Virus record (IMG/VR): IMGVR_UViG_3300032305_000858
Location: 1-24,245 of that record
From: a virus
Taxonomy: Duplodnaviria > Caudoviricetes
Strand: one strand, 5' to 3'
DNA length: 24,245 nucleotides
A program made the position numbers and the translations under genes. Position 1 is the stretch's first letter; each line of letters starts with the position of its first letter. Shown here one piece after another: positions 1 to 7,675 of this stretch. The notes under the pieces are model-generated. The model saw only the letters and a list, made by a program, of their open reading frames with translations. It was not told where the DNA came from and made no database searches.

Positions 1-11
1 AGCGATAGAAT

Positions 12-194
12 ATGATCAAATACATTATTGGTTTTGTTATTGCCTGCGTTCTTTGGGCATTTGTGCTTTCTCAAGTAGACATGCCAGAGTATCGAGTATA
101 TGACTGTGGTATGGCCGAATGGCATCCTGATATTCCTATTGAAGTGAAAGAAGAATGCCGTAAGCGTAGATCACAACCAGGAATGACAATATGA
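12..194 (+). CDS. Small hypothetical protein with N-terminal transmembrane/signal segment
   Basis: 60 aa ORF; hydrophobic N-terminus IIGFVIACVLWAFVL; stop overlaps next ATG (ATGA at 191-194). Confidence 0.65.
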   Translation: MIKYIIGFVIACVLWAFVLSQVDMPEYRVYDCGMAEWHPDIPIEVKEECRKRRSQPGMTI

Positions 195-355
195 CCCGTT
201 GGACTGTTACTCTTGAAGAAGATCCAGATACCGGTGATCTCATTATGCCAATACCACAAGAAGTTCTAGATCTGCAAGGTTGGGGCGAAGGCGACACATT
301 AGAATGGTTAGATCAGGGCAATGGTTCTTGGCAATTACAGAAAAAGAGTGTATAA
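191..355 (+). CDS. AbrB/MazE/SpoVT-like small DNA-binding protein (not in the ORF track)
   Basis: Hand translation gives 54 aa MTRWTVTLEEDPDTGDLIMPIPQEVLDLQGWGEGDTLEWLDQGNGSWQLQKKSV. The G-D-L-I-x-P-I-P-x-E-V...G-W-x-E-G-D-x-L-E-W pattern fits the swapped-hairpin AbrB fold. ATGA-coupled to the upstream gene and fills the gap before queE. Confidence 0.8.
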   Translation: MTRWTVTLEEDPDTGDLIMPIPQEVLDLQGWGEGDTLEWLDQGNGSWQLQKKSV

Positions 356-356
356 T
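328..356 (+). promoter_or_regulatory. Putative sigma70-type promoter for queE
   Basis: TTGGCA (328-333), 17 bp spacer, TATAAT (351-356). The queE ATG follows at 362 with no Shine-Dalgarno. Confidence 0.6.
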
Positions 357-361
357 AAACT

Positions 362-1225
362 ATGAGTAAAATTAAAATCGCAGAGCTGTTTTACAGCATA
401 CAAGGTGAAGGACGCTATATGGGCGTTCCTTCTGTGTTTCTACGCACATTCGGTTGTAACTTTAAATGTGCAGGATTTGGTATGGCACGTGGTGAACTAA
501 GTTATGAAGCCACTGACATAGCAGCCACACATGCAATGATTAAACCATTTCAAACATACGGCGAACTTCCTCTGGTAAGTACAGGTTGTGATAGTTATGC
601 ATCATGGATGCCAGAGTTTAAAGATCTTAGTCCTATGCTTACGTCAGATGCAATAGCAGAACGTATCATGGAAATCTTACCTTACAAACGTTGGGAAGAC
701 GAACACTTGGTTATCACAGGTGGCGAACCGTTGTTGGGTTGGCAACGTGCTTATCCGGATCTGTTAAATCATCTGAGTATGACAGGTCTTAAAGAAATTA
801 CTTTTGAAACCAACGGTACTCAAAAGCTAACTCCTGAGTTTAAAAAATATCTGCAAGAATGGTCACAGAATCCTCCTTTTACAAGTAGAGAAATTACGTT
901 TAGTGTCAGTGCTAAACTTAGTTGTTCGGGTGAGGAGCGACACGAAGCGATAAAGCCGGATGTTGTGTGTGAATATCAAGAAGTTGGTAATACCTATCTT
1001 AAATTTGTAATAGCCACAGAAGAAGATGCCGAAGAAGCTTTGGAAACTCTGGACATATATCGTGCAGAAGGATTTACCGGGCATTGTTATCTCATGCCTG
1101 TAGGCGGAGTTGAGTCAGTATACACACTAAATAACCGTCGTGTAGCAGAATTAGCAATGAAACATGGACTTAGGTACAGTGATAGACTGCAGGTACCGTT
1201 GTTTAAGAATGAGTGGGGAACTTAA
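362..1225 (+). CDS. queE: 7-carboxy-7-deazaguanine synthase (QueE-like radical SAM enzyme)
   Basis: N-terminal ELFYSIQGEGRYMGVPSVFLRTFGCNFKC, later GCDS, ITGGEPLL, FETNGT, SVSAKL, YLKFVI, YLMP and C-terminal SDRLQV match the QueE/NrdG organic-radical family layout. Confidence 0.85.
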   Translation: MSKIKIAELFYSIQGEGRYMGVPSVFLRTFGCNFKCAGFGMARGELSYEATDIAATHAMIKPFQTYGELPLVSTGCDSYASWMPEFKDLSPMLTSDAIAERIMEILPYKRWEDEHLVITGGEPLLGWQRAYPDLLNHLSMTGLKEITFETNGTQKLTPEFKKYLQEWSQNPPFTSREITFSVSAKLSCSGEERHEAIKPDVVCEYQEVGNTYLKFVIATEEDAEEALETLDIYRAEGFTGHCYLMPVGGVESVYTLNNRRVAELAMKHGLRYSDRLQVPLFKNEWGT

Positions 1226-1665
1226 TGAAAAAATTTATTGAAAAGTTATTTGGTATTGACAAGATCAGGGCCGAAGCAGAACGATCTATAAGTATTGCGG
1301 CACAAGCCTCCGAAACAGCCAAAGCAGCCACAGAAGCTGCTGAACGTGCTACAGAAGCAGAGGCGCAGGCCAAACTATCACCAAAAGAACGTGCAACACG
1401 CAAAAAGGAACCGTGGGTAGGTGTACTCGAAACACATGTCAACAAAGATAATGTACGTAATGGCTTTTTTGAGCTTGACTGGAACGACCTTTTTGTGTTA
1501 AAATTAAAGCAAGAGGGATACGGTGAGGACGGAGACAAAGACGAAGAAATCATAGATCGTTGGTTCCGTGAACTTTGTGCCAATGTAGTAGTTGATGGCG
1601 ATTTTGGCGGTCCTGTAAACACAGGTGTGATTGATATTAAAACAGTGAAGAAAGACAATCTATGA
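1225..1665 (+). CDS. Hypothetical phage protein (Ala/Glu-rich helical segment plus globular C-terminus)
   Basis: Track ORF 1213-1665; start moved to the ATG at 1225, which overlaps the queE stop (TAATG). ATGA-coupled to rnh. Confidence 0.75.
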   Translation: MKKFIEKLFGIDKIRAEAERSISIAAQASETAKAATEAAERATEAEAQAKLSPKERATRKKEPWVGVLETHVNKDNVRNGFFELDWNDLFVLKLKQEGYGEDGDKDEEIIDRWFRELCANVVVDGDFGGPVNTGVIDIKTVKKDNL

Positions 1666-2669
1666 CTTATATCTTAGTTGATACAGCAAATACATTCTTT
1701 CGTGCTAGACACGTTATTAACGGAGACGCTGATATCAAACTGGGCATGGCATTCCACATCACATTAAATAGTATTCGCAAGGCATGGCAGCAGTTCGAAG
1801 GTAGCCATGTTATCTTCTGTTTAGAAGGTAGATCGTGGCGCAAGGACTACTATGCTCCTTACAAGCGTAATCGTGCAGATGCTCGTGCCGCACACACCGA
1901 GAAAGAAGCAGAAGAAGACAAAATCTTCTGGGAAGCGTTTGATACATTCAAAGACTTTATCGCAGAAAAGACCAACTGTACTGTACTACAAAATCCGCAG
2001 TTAGAAGCAGATGATTTAATTGCTGGTTGGATACAAACACATCCAAATGACAAGCATGTGATCATTAGCACAGACACAGACTTTGTTCAATTGATCGCAC
2101 CCAATGTCACGCAGTACAACGGTGTTATGGAACATGTTATCACGTATGAAGGAATTTTTGATGACAAAGGCAAGCCAGTTATTGACAAGAAAACACAAGA
2201 GCCTAAGCCAGCCCCTAACCCAGAATGGCTGTTGTTCGAAAAATGCATGCGTGGTGATACCAGTGATAATGTCTTCTCAGCGTATCCGGGTGTACGTACT
2301 AAAGGAACAAGCAAAAAAGTGGGTCTTACTGAAGCGTTCGAAGACCGTAACAGCAAAGGATATGCGTGGAACAATCTCATGTTACAGAGATGGTCTGATC
2401 ACAACGGTGTAGAACATCGTGTGTTAGAAGATTATGAACGCAATCGTCGACTTATTGATCTAAGTCATCAGCCTGATGACATCAAAGAGATAATTGTAAA
2501 CACCATTACTACTGCTACTGCTGAACAAAAGAATGTGAGTCAAGTTGGTATAAGATTAATCAAGTTCTGCAATCTATGGGATTTGAAAAAGATTGCCGAT
2601 CAAGCACAGAGTTATGCAGAACCACTTAATGCAAGGTATGTCAATGAAACTCAAACTTTGTCAGTATGA
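1662..2669 (+). CDS. rnh: T4 RNase H-like 5'-3' exonuclease / flap endonuclease
   Basis: FEN/PIN motifs ILVDTANTFFR, SWRKDYYAPYKRNR, EADDLI, STDTDFVQL, GDTSDNV and YERNRRLIDL. Confidence 0.88.
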   Translation: MTYILVDTANTFFRARHVINGDADIKLGMAFHITLNSIRKAWQQFEGSHVIFCLEGRSWRKDYYAPYKRNRADARAAHTEKEAEEDKIFWEAFDTFKDFIAEKTNCTVLQNPQLEADDLIAGWIQTHPNDKHVIISTDTDFVQLIAPNVTQYNGVMEHVITYEGIFDDKGKPVIDKKTQEPKPAPNPEWLLFEKCMRGDTSDNVFSAYPGVRTKGTSKKVGLTEAFEDRNSKGYAWNNLMLQRWSDHNGVEHRVLEDYERNRRLIDLSHQPDDIKEIIVNTITTATAEQKNVSQVGIRLIKFCNLWDLKKIADQAQSYAEPLNARYVNETQTLSV

Positions 2670-2712
2670 AGACACCTGCGAAATTAAAACAGATACCTGT
2701 TGGGAGAACACA

Positions 2713-3189
2713 ATGACAGACATACATGCTAAACCTATCATAGCAAATAAATTTTGGATCGTAGAATCGAATGGTGAGAAGATCGCCACTCTAAGAAAGG
2801 ATGACGATCAAAGATTTTTTATGAGCAATGAATCAGGAGTAACCATTTTTGAAACCAAAGATAGTTTAACTAAACAGTTTGGTAAAAAGTTTTTCACAGT
2901 AAAGATTGTTAAAGAAGCCGACACGGCACTACCTAATGAAGTCCATGGCTATGCTACCAGTGCCGAGCCTCACAACGCCATGTTTGACATTCGCAAGAAA
3001 CTTCCTCTATTCACAAAAAGTAGTGATTCCAAAAGTCTATACTGTGCAGGCTACTACTGTATCAAATTTGAAAAAGGTTGGGTCAAGAGCTTTTGTCCTA
3101 AAAAAATCACTCTTGAAAGGTATGCATACAAGGGACCGTTCAAGACTGACTTAGAAATGAAACAGGTATTGGCCAATGTCACAAAATAA
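2713..3189 (+). CDS. Hypothetical phage protein
   Basis: Track ORF 2593-3189; preferred start is the ATG at 2713 with SD GGGAG at 2702-2706, which avoids overlap with rnh. Confidence 0.72.
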   Translation: MTDIHAKPIIANKFWIVESNGEKIATLRKDDDQRFFMSNESGVTIFETKDSLTKQFGKKFFTVKIVKEADTALPNEVHGYATSAEPHNAMFDIRKKLPLFTKSSDSKSLYCAGYYCIKFEKGWVKSFCPKKITLERYAYKGPFKTDLEMKQVLANVTK

Positions 3190-3424
3190 CTTACCGGATA
3201 CACTGCCGACTATACAGAAACTTATCCAACGTACTCAGGTAGCTGAACGCAGCCAACAGAAAGAGATACGTATTAGTTTACAAGAAGCACGTGATCTAAC
3301 TGCAGAATTAGCAATGATGACTGCAAAGTTAGGTAAAACTGTCAGCGAAATACACCAAATGCTGGCAGTGATCAAAGAATCTACCACACAAATAGACGTT
3401 AAATTCGACGGCGGACAGTTCTAA
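3176..3424 (+). CDS. Hypothetical coiled-coil protein
   Basis: 82 aa ORF overlapping the previous stop; heptad-like helical centre; ends FDGGQF. Confidence 0.72.
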   Translation: MSQNNLPDTLPTIQKLIQRTQVAERSQQKEIRISLQEARDLTAELAMMTAKLGKTVSEIHQMLAVIKESTTQIDVKFDGGQF

Positions 3425-3430
3425 AAAAGA

Positions 3431-3438
3431 CATAAATA
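3431..3438 (+). promoter_or_regulatory. Putative T4-type late promoter (CATAAATA)
   Basis: 7/8 match to TATAAATA in the 41-nt intergenic gap before the ATG at 3466. Confidence 0.55.
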
Positions 3439-3467
3439 TATACGTGGTTAATTAGGAACACGTATAT
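3438..3467 (+). promoter_or_regulatory. Inverted repeat enclosing the SD and pairing the start codon of 3466-3750
   Basis: ATATACGTG (3438-3446) and CACGTATAT (3459-3467) form a perfect 9-bp stem. The loop contains AGGA and the 3' arm includes AT of the ATG. Confidence 0.65.
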
Positions 3468-3750
3468 GAGCAGACCCAAGCCAAAAATTCTTTTAGAATA
3501 TGCTAGTAAAGAAACCTACAAGGTCGAGCAGATCCTTGACTCGGAAGCTATTTGGGCTGTGTTCTATAACGGCCAGCCATTCAATCTCAAAAGCGGCAGT
3601 TTGGTAGCCAGCTATCCTGGACCAAAATATAAAAAGGTGTCATTTTCAAATCCCGGCCATGCACATAATTTGGCAAAGAAATTAAATCGATTGTTTAAGA
3701 CACAAAATTTTGCAGTTTACAAACTCACTACCGGCGAAGAGATTAAATGA
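3466..3750 (+). CDS. Basic hypothetical phage protein (MSRPKPKILLE...)
   Basis: 94 aa Lys-rich ORF; SD AGGA at 3454-3457; preceded by a late-promoter-like motif. Confidence 0.78.
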   Translation: MSRPKPKILLEYASKETYKVEQILDSEAIWAVFYNGQPFNLKSGSLVASYPGPKYKKVSFSNPGHAHNLAKKLNRLFKTQNFAVYKLTTGEEIK

Positions 3751-3751
3751 T

Positions 3752-4150
3752 ATGAACAAAGATGCCTATACCAAGGCGTTCTTGCAGGCGGCAGAATTAC
3801 CACTTACTGAAAAAAATATCAAAGAATATAAAGCTGTATGGTGGTGGAGTTTTAGAAAGAAAGATCAAGGAGGGTTGAGATTGACTGACCAAGCCTTGGA
3901 ATTCATCGAAGAACATGCTAAAATAAAAACTTACAAGATAGAATTTCCCAAAGAATTTGCATTTACTCCACAAGTGCTGCTTTGGTTAGATAACTATATC
4001 GATTCACCGTTTTTCGTCAACAAAAAACATATCATTGTAATGAAAGAAAAAGCCGCATTTGAACTGTATTTGCTTAGTGGCGATGTTAGAAAGTTAGGGC
4101 ACAACAGAGCCATGAGCAAAAGACTTAGCCAAGAATCAACCCCCGAATAA
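3752..4150 (+). CDS. Hypothetical phage protein
   Basis: Track ORF 3710-4150; preferred ATG at 3752, 1 nt after the previous stop. Contains WWW and GGLRLT. Confidence 0.75.
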   Translation: MNKDAYTKAFLQAAELPLTEKNIKEYKAVWWWSFRKKDQGGLRLTDQALEFIEEHAKIKTYKIEFPKEFAFTPQVLLWLDNYIDSPFFVNKKHIIVMKEKAAFELYLLSGDVRKLGHNRAMSKRLSQESTPE

Positions 4151-4158
4151 TCCCCCTG

Positions 4159-4166
4159 TATAAATA
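4159..4166 (+). promoter_or_regulatory. T4-type late promoter TATAAATA
   Basis: Exact T4 gp55 late consensus in a 24-nt intergenic gap, 8 nt before the ATG at 4175. Confidence 0.68.
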
Positions 4167-4174
4167 TTTTCACT

Positions 4175-4444
4175 ATGTTTGACCTTAATCCAATGGACGT
4201 ACTACAACAGCGCAAGCTGAAGACTGTGGCCCCACATTTTACTGAATTGAATATTTCAGAATCTGAAATATTTGAAGGTATCGAAGATTGGATCAAAATC
4301 AAACTCAAAGGTAGATATTATATCTGCAAAAAACCTGCTCTAGACAAGAGTGGGAATTTGAGATCTTCGCATTTTGTAGGTTTTGAAGATCAAAAAGAAT
4401 TAACCTATTTCATGCTTGCATGCCCACACCTAAGGAGAAACTAA
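4175..4444 (+). CDS. Hypothetical phage protein
   Basis: 89 aa ORF after the late promoter; TAATG-coupled to the next gene. Confidence 0.75.
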   Translation: MFDLNPMDVLQQRKLKTVAPHFTELNISESEIFEGIEDWIKIKLKGRYYICKKPALDKSGNLRSSHFVGFEDQKELTYFMLACPHLRRN

Positions 4445-4683
4445 TGTCAGAACAAGTTAAAGATCAAGTCGTAGAGACACCAGCCGAAGCAGCGCCTGCG
4501 GCAACAGATGCACCAGCAGCACAAGGTCCTGATTTAAATATCAGCGATTTGCTAGCTGTAAAAAATATTATTGAAGTTGCAACAAGCAGAGGAGCGTTCA
4601 AAGCAGCAGAATTGGAAGCAGTTGGTAAAAGTTTCAACAAACTAAATGCCTTCCTTGAAGCTGTATCTAAAAAGGAAGCCTAA
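4444..4683 (+). CDS. Hypothetical protein with Ala/Pro-rich N-tail and RGAF-containing helical domain
   Basis: Track ORF 4420-4683; preferred ATG at 4444 with SD AAGGAG at 4432-4437. Confidence 0.75.
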   Translation: MSEQVKDQVVETPAEAAPAATDAPAAQGPDLNISDLLAVKNIIEVATSRGAFKAAELEAVGKSFNKLNAFLEAVSKKEA

Positions 4684-5334
4684 ATGAGAAGCTTAAAACA
4701 CATAGGCAGAATTCAAAACACAGGTGCTAAAGTCATAGTGGTGTTTAGAACTCTGCCAGGAGAGTCAAATATGGCTCTAGTATTACCGGTAGCGCAACTG
4801 CCAGATCAGTATCATGATTCAATTATGACTTTGATAGAAACTGATCAAGCGCAGGACGCATTTGAGTTTGGCGAGATCATGCACATACGCCCATTCCCAG
4901 ACGGCAGACCTATGCTGCGGGCCATGCAGGCTGATAACAGACTAATAAAAGTAGCCACTGATGCTGTGATGATGACTCCTACTACCAACGATACTGTGCT
5001 GTTAGCTAATCTTAACACACTGATAGCAGAACAGAAGAACTGCACAGTAGATGATCTATGCACATTTGTGGCAGGCGCTCCGTCGGCTAAAGCCGAAGTC
5101 ACTGATGTGGCTTCGGTAAATGATGTTGCTCCTGCAGTGGATTCTGATATTCCTGCACCATTACGTGCCCAAGCTGCATCGAACGAAGCATTATCTGATA
5201 AAGATATTGACAAGAGCTATCGCAGTCAAGCTGATGCCATGTACAAAGAAGCTGCAAGATTGCGTAAAGAAGCAGAAGAACTTGACCCTACAGTTAAGAA
5301 AGTTAAGAAGGCAGAAGAAACTGCTGATGCCTAA
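4684..5334 (+). CDS. Hypothetical phage protein with C-terminal coiled coil
   Basis: 216 aa ORF starting directly after the previous stop; SD-like AAGGA upstream. Confidence 0.8.
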   Translation: MRSLKHIGRIQNTGAKVIVVFRTLPGESNMALVLPVAQLPDQYHDSIMTLIETDQAQDAFEFGEIMHIRPFPDGRPMLRAMQADNRLIKVATDAVMMTPTTNDTVLLANLNTLIAEQKNCTVDDLCTFVAGAPSAKAEVTDVASVNDVAPAVDSDIPAPLRAQAASNEALSDKDIDKSYRSQADAMYKEAARLRKEAEELDPTVKKVKKAEETADA

Positions 5335-5632
5335 TCCTTTGTTCAAACCTCCACGCCATCTCGTGAAAGAATGGCCGGAGGTTTTTGAAGATCTTTATAT
5401 GAATACCATGCCTGTGGCTTATCTGGATTCTGTACGATTGGATTTTATAGATGGCAGAGTGTGGGAGATTGATGTAAAAAATGAATTAACAAAACAAACT
5501 TCCGAAAGCATTGCTGATGTATTGCTTAACACACTTCAAGAATATAAAGATGAAATTAAAAAGATTGATTTCAAAGTCGATGTAACCCGTTTGAAAAACG
5601 ATATTGCCAGCGAAACAAACAAACTATTTTAA
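5327..5632 (+). CDS. Hypothetical phage protein
   Basis: Track ORF 5120-5632; preferred ATG at 5327 (MPNPLFKPP...), giving an 8-nt overlap instead of about 215 nt. Confidence 0.7.
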   Translation: MPNPLFKPPRHLVKEWPEVFEDLYMNTMPVAYLDSVRLDFIDGRVWEIDVKNELTKQTSESIADVLLNTLQEYKDEIKKIDFKVDVTRLKNDIASETNKLF

Positions 5633-7675
5633 TTACCATTTACCAGAATCTTGGTAGTGGTAGTTAAAACTAAAATCTGTTTCTTTTAATTCTTCAATTA
5701 GTTTTAAATGTACGTCATATTTCGCTGTAGTCCAATCACTATCTCCGTTACTCCCCGGCACTGCTAATGTTCTAGCACGTTTTGCTGACATGGAAGTTTC
5801 TCTAGTATAATCCTGATATTTCCAAGCATCAGTATCTTGCTTAAAATTAAATTTAAAATCAGCTTCCCACTTCCCGTCTTCAGTTATTTTAAAATTGTAA
5901 GTAGCTGTTAGGTCACAACCTAATCTAGTTCCAAACTCGCTATTAATATCCTCCGGAGTAATCGATACGTTAATTTCATATCCTCCACGTGCTCTCCATA
6001 GCAATCGCAACAACGGCCATATTTCATTTACTACGCTATCAGCTAATGGATTTAAATTAGGCTTAATTATATCAAAATCAAAATTCTCATATTCTGTAGA
6101 GTTTAACACGTTGTTCTTATGAAATTTAATTTTGTGATATTTGTCTGTGCTAAAATTAGCAAAATTATTATCTGTTAGTCTATTAACTATCCCAGCCTTT
6201 GGAGTATGTTCTAGGAATATGTTGAACGTAACCAATCTAATTGCTCGATGAACTTTTGAATTTCTAAAATCATGCGTAATCCAATTGTTCATATAATAGG
6301 CTTTTATCATTCCATATTTTTCAGAGTTCTGAGATAAAATTGTGTCAGGCGGTTCTGTAAATCCGTGACCGCAGGCAATTACTGCTATATAAGAACGATT
6401 TCGCCATATTAGATTTAACGATTCGTAAAAATGTTGAATTTCCTCTGTAGGGAATCCTATAATCCAATTAGTGTGAGCTTCTACTCCTACTAAAGATCCG
6501 TGATACAAATTTTGTTCTATTTCATTAACAGTAACACGTTTATCCATGTCTTTAAGAACTTTATTAGAACCGGATTCTATTCCGTAGCTCAACATTTTAC
6601 ATCCAGATCCTGCGAGATCTTGATAATATTCAAAGTCCATTTTTTCATTGCAACGAGCATACCCAGTCCAACTAATTTTAATTCCGCTGGCAATTACTCC
6701 GTTACAAAATGCTCTTAATTCATTTATGTTACCGTTGACTAGACTATCGAGGAACCAAATAAAATCTATTCCGTAATTGTTATACAAATGTATAATTTCA
6801 TTTAGGGTGTTTTTAGCTGATCGTCCTCTATATTTCCAAAAATGTGTTTCACTGCAAAATACACACTTAGCTGTACATCCTCTACTAAATTCAGCGTTAA
6901 CTCCGTTGGGCATTTCATATGCCGACAACTCAAAATGGCTGTAATCTGCCCAGGGCAATTGATCTAAATCTAATCTCTGTCCTTCTTTTTGTGCTATAAT
7001 TACTTGTAAAGAAGATGCGTTGTCTGTTTCTATTTCATCTAAAACCTTAAGCAGCATTTCTTCGCCTTCTCCAGATACAACATAGTCATAATAAGGTTTG
7101 TCTGATCCAGGAGGAAATGCGTGGCATTGCGGACCGCCTACCATAATTTTAACATGAGGGTATCGTCGTTTAATTTCAGATGCCATCCAATCTGTTGGTT
7201 CTTGATTACAGTAATATAAACTAAATCCAACAACGTCAACCCCATCTATTTCAACTTGTTTTATATATTTTTCCATTAGTGGCTGCATATATTTGTGCAG
7301 ATGCTGATGATATGACTCTCCCATCCATCTCCACTCTTTGCTGCCGTGCCATGGATCAAAGTCGATATCCCAATTAGATTTGTCTTTGTATGCTTTGATG
7401 TTTAGATCAACTCCGTCAGCACTATACCCTGCTTCTTTAGCAACTGATATTAATCTTGCTAGATTATAAGGTGGAAAATTAATAGCCCACTCAGGCAATA
7501 AGAAAAATCTTACTTTAGATTTTCTAGTTACATTGCTAATAACTACTTCTGTGAGATTTTTCTGAGGCGTAGATCTAGCATAAGGAAGTATAGCTTCCAT
7601 TATTTTTAAATGTTTATCATCTAGATCTACAGGTTTGTGTAGTTTTTCTTTGACTATCGGAATAATTTTTTTCAT
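5633..7675 (-). CDS. B12-binding-domain radical SAM protein (class B methylase-like)
   Basis: N-terminal Rossmann-like cobalamin-binding region (PPYNLARL, DVVGFSLY, IMVGGPQ, VVSGEGE, LDQLPWADY), then SRGCTAKCVFC, YGIESGSNKVL and IIGFPTE. Confidence 0.88.
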   Translation of the reverse strand: MKKIIPIVKEKLHKPVDLDDKHLKIMEAILPYARSTPQKNLTEVVISNVTRKSKVRFFLLPEWAINFPPYNLARLISVAKEAGYSADGVDLNIKAYKDKSNWDIDFDPWHGSKEWRWMGESYHQHLHKYMQPLMEKYIKQVEIDGVDVVGFSLYYCNQEPTDWMASEIKRRYPHVKIMVGGPQCHAFPPGSDKPYYDYVVSGEGEEMLLKVLDEIETDNASSLQVIIAQKEGQRLDLDQLPWADYSHFELSAYEMPNGVNAEFSRGCTAKCVFCSETHFWKYRGRSAKNTLNEIIHLYNNYGIDFIWFLDSLVNGNINELRAFCNGVIASGIKISWTGYARCNEKMDFEYYQDLAGSGCKMLSYGIESGSNKVLKDMDKRVTVNEIEQNLYHGSLVGVEAHTNWIIGFPTEEIQHFYESLNLIWRNRSYIAVIACGHGFTEPPDTILSQNSEKYGMIKAYYMNNWITHDFRNSKVHRAIRLVTFNIFLEHTPKAGIVNRLTDNNFANFSTDKYHKIKFHKNNVLNSTEYENFDFDIIKPNLNPLADSVVNEIWPLLRLLWRARGGYEINVSITPEDINSEFGTRLGCDLTATYNFKITEDGKWEADFKFNFKQDTDAWKYQDYTRETSMSAKRARTLAVPGSNGDSDWTTAKYDVHLKLIEELKETDFSFNYHYQDSGKW

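Noticed and set aside
1203-1658. 151 aa antisense ORF, plus other short opposite-strand or alternate-frame ORFs (e.g. 863-1084, 2087-2380, 2104-2412, 3994-4308, 4845-5213, 10699-11004, 21286-21570)
   Set aside because: They lie over better-supported, coupled genes and have no recognisable motifs; treated as shadow ORFs.
2593-2712. Cys-containing extension (LCQYEDTCEIKTDTCW) considered as a metal site or RiPP-like peptide
   Set aside because: Partly overlaps rnh, the best SD precedes 2713, and it is far from and opposite to the radical SAM operon. Not fully excluded.
5120-5326. N-terminal extension of ORF 5120-5632
   Set aside because: Lies wholly within 4684-5334; the ATG at 5327 gives a normal short overlap.
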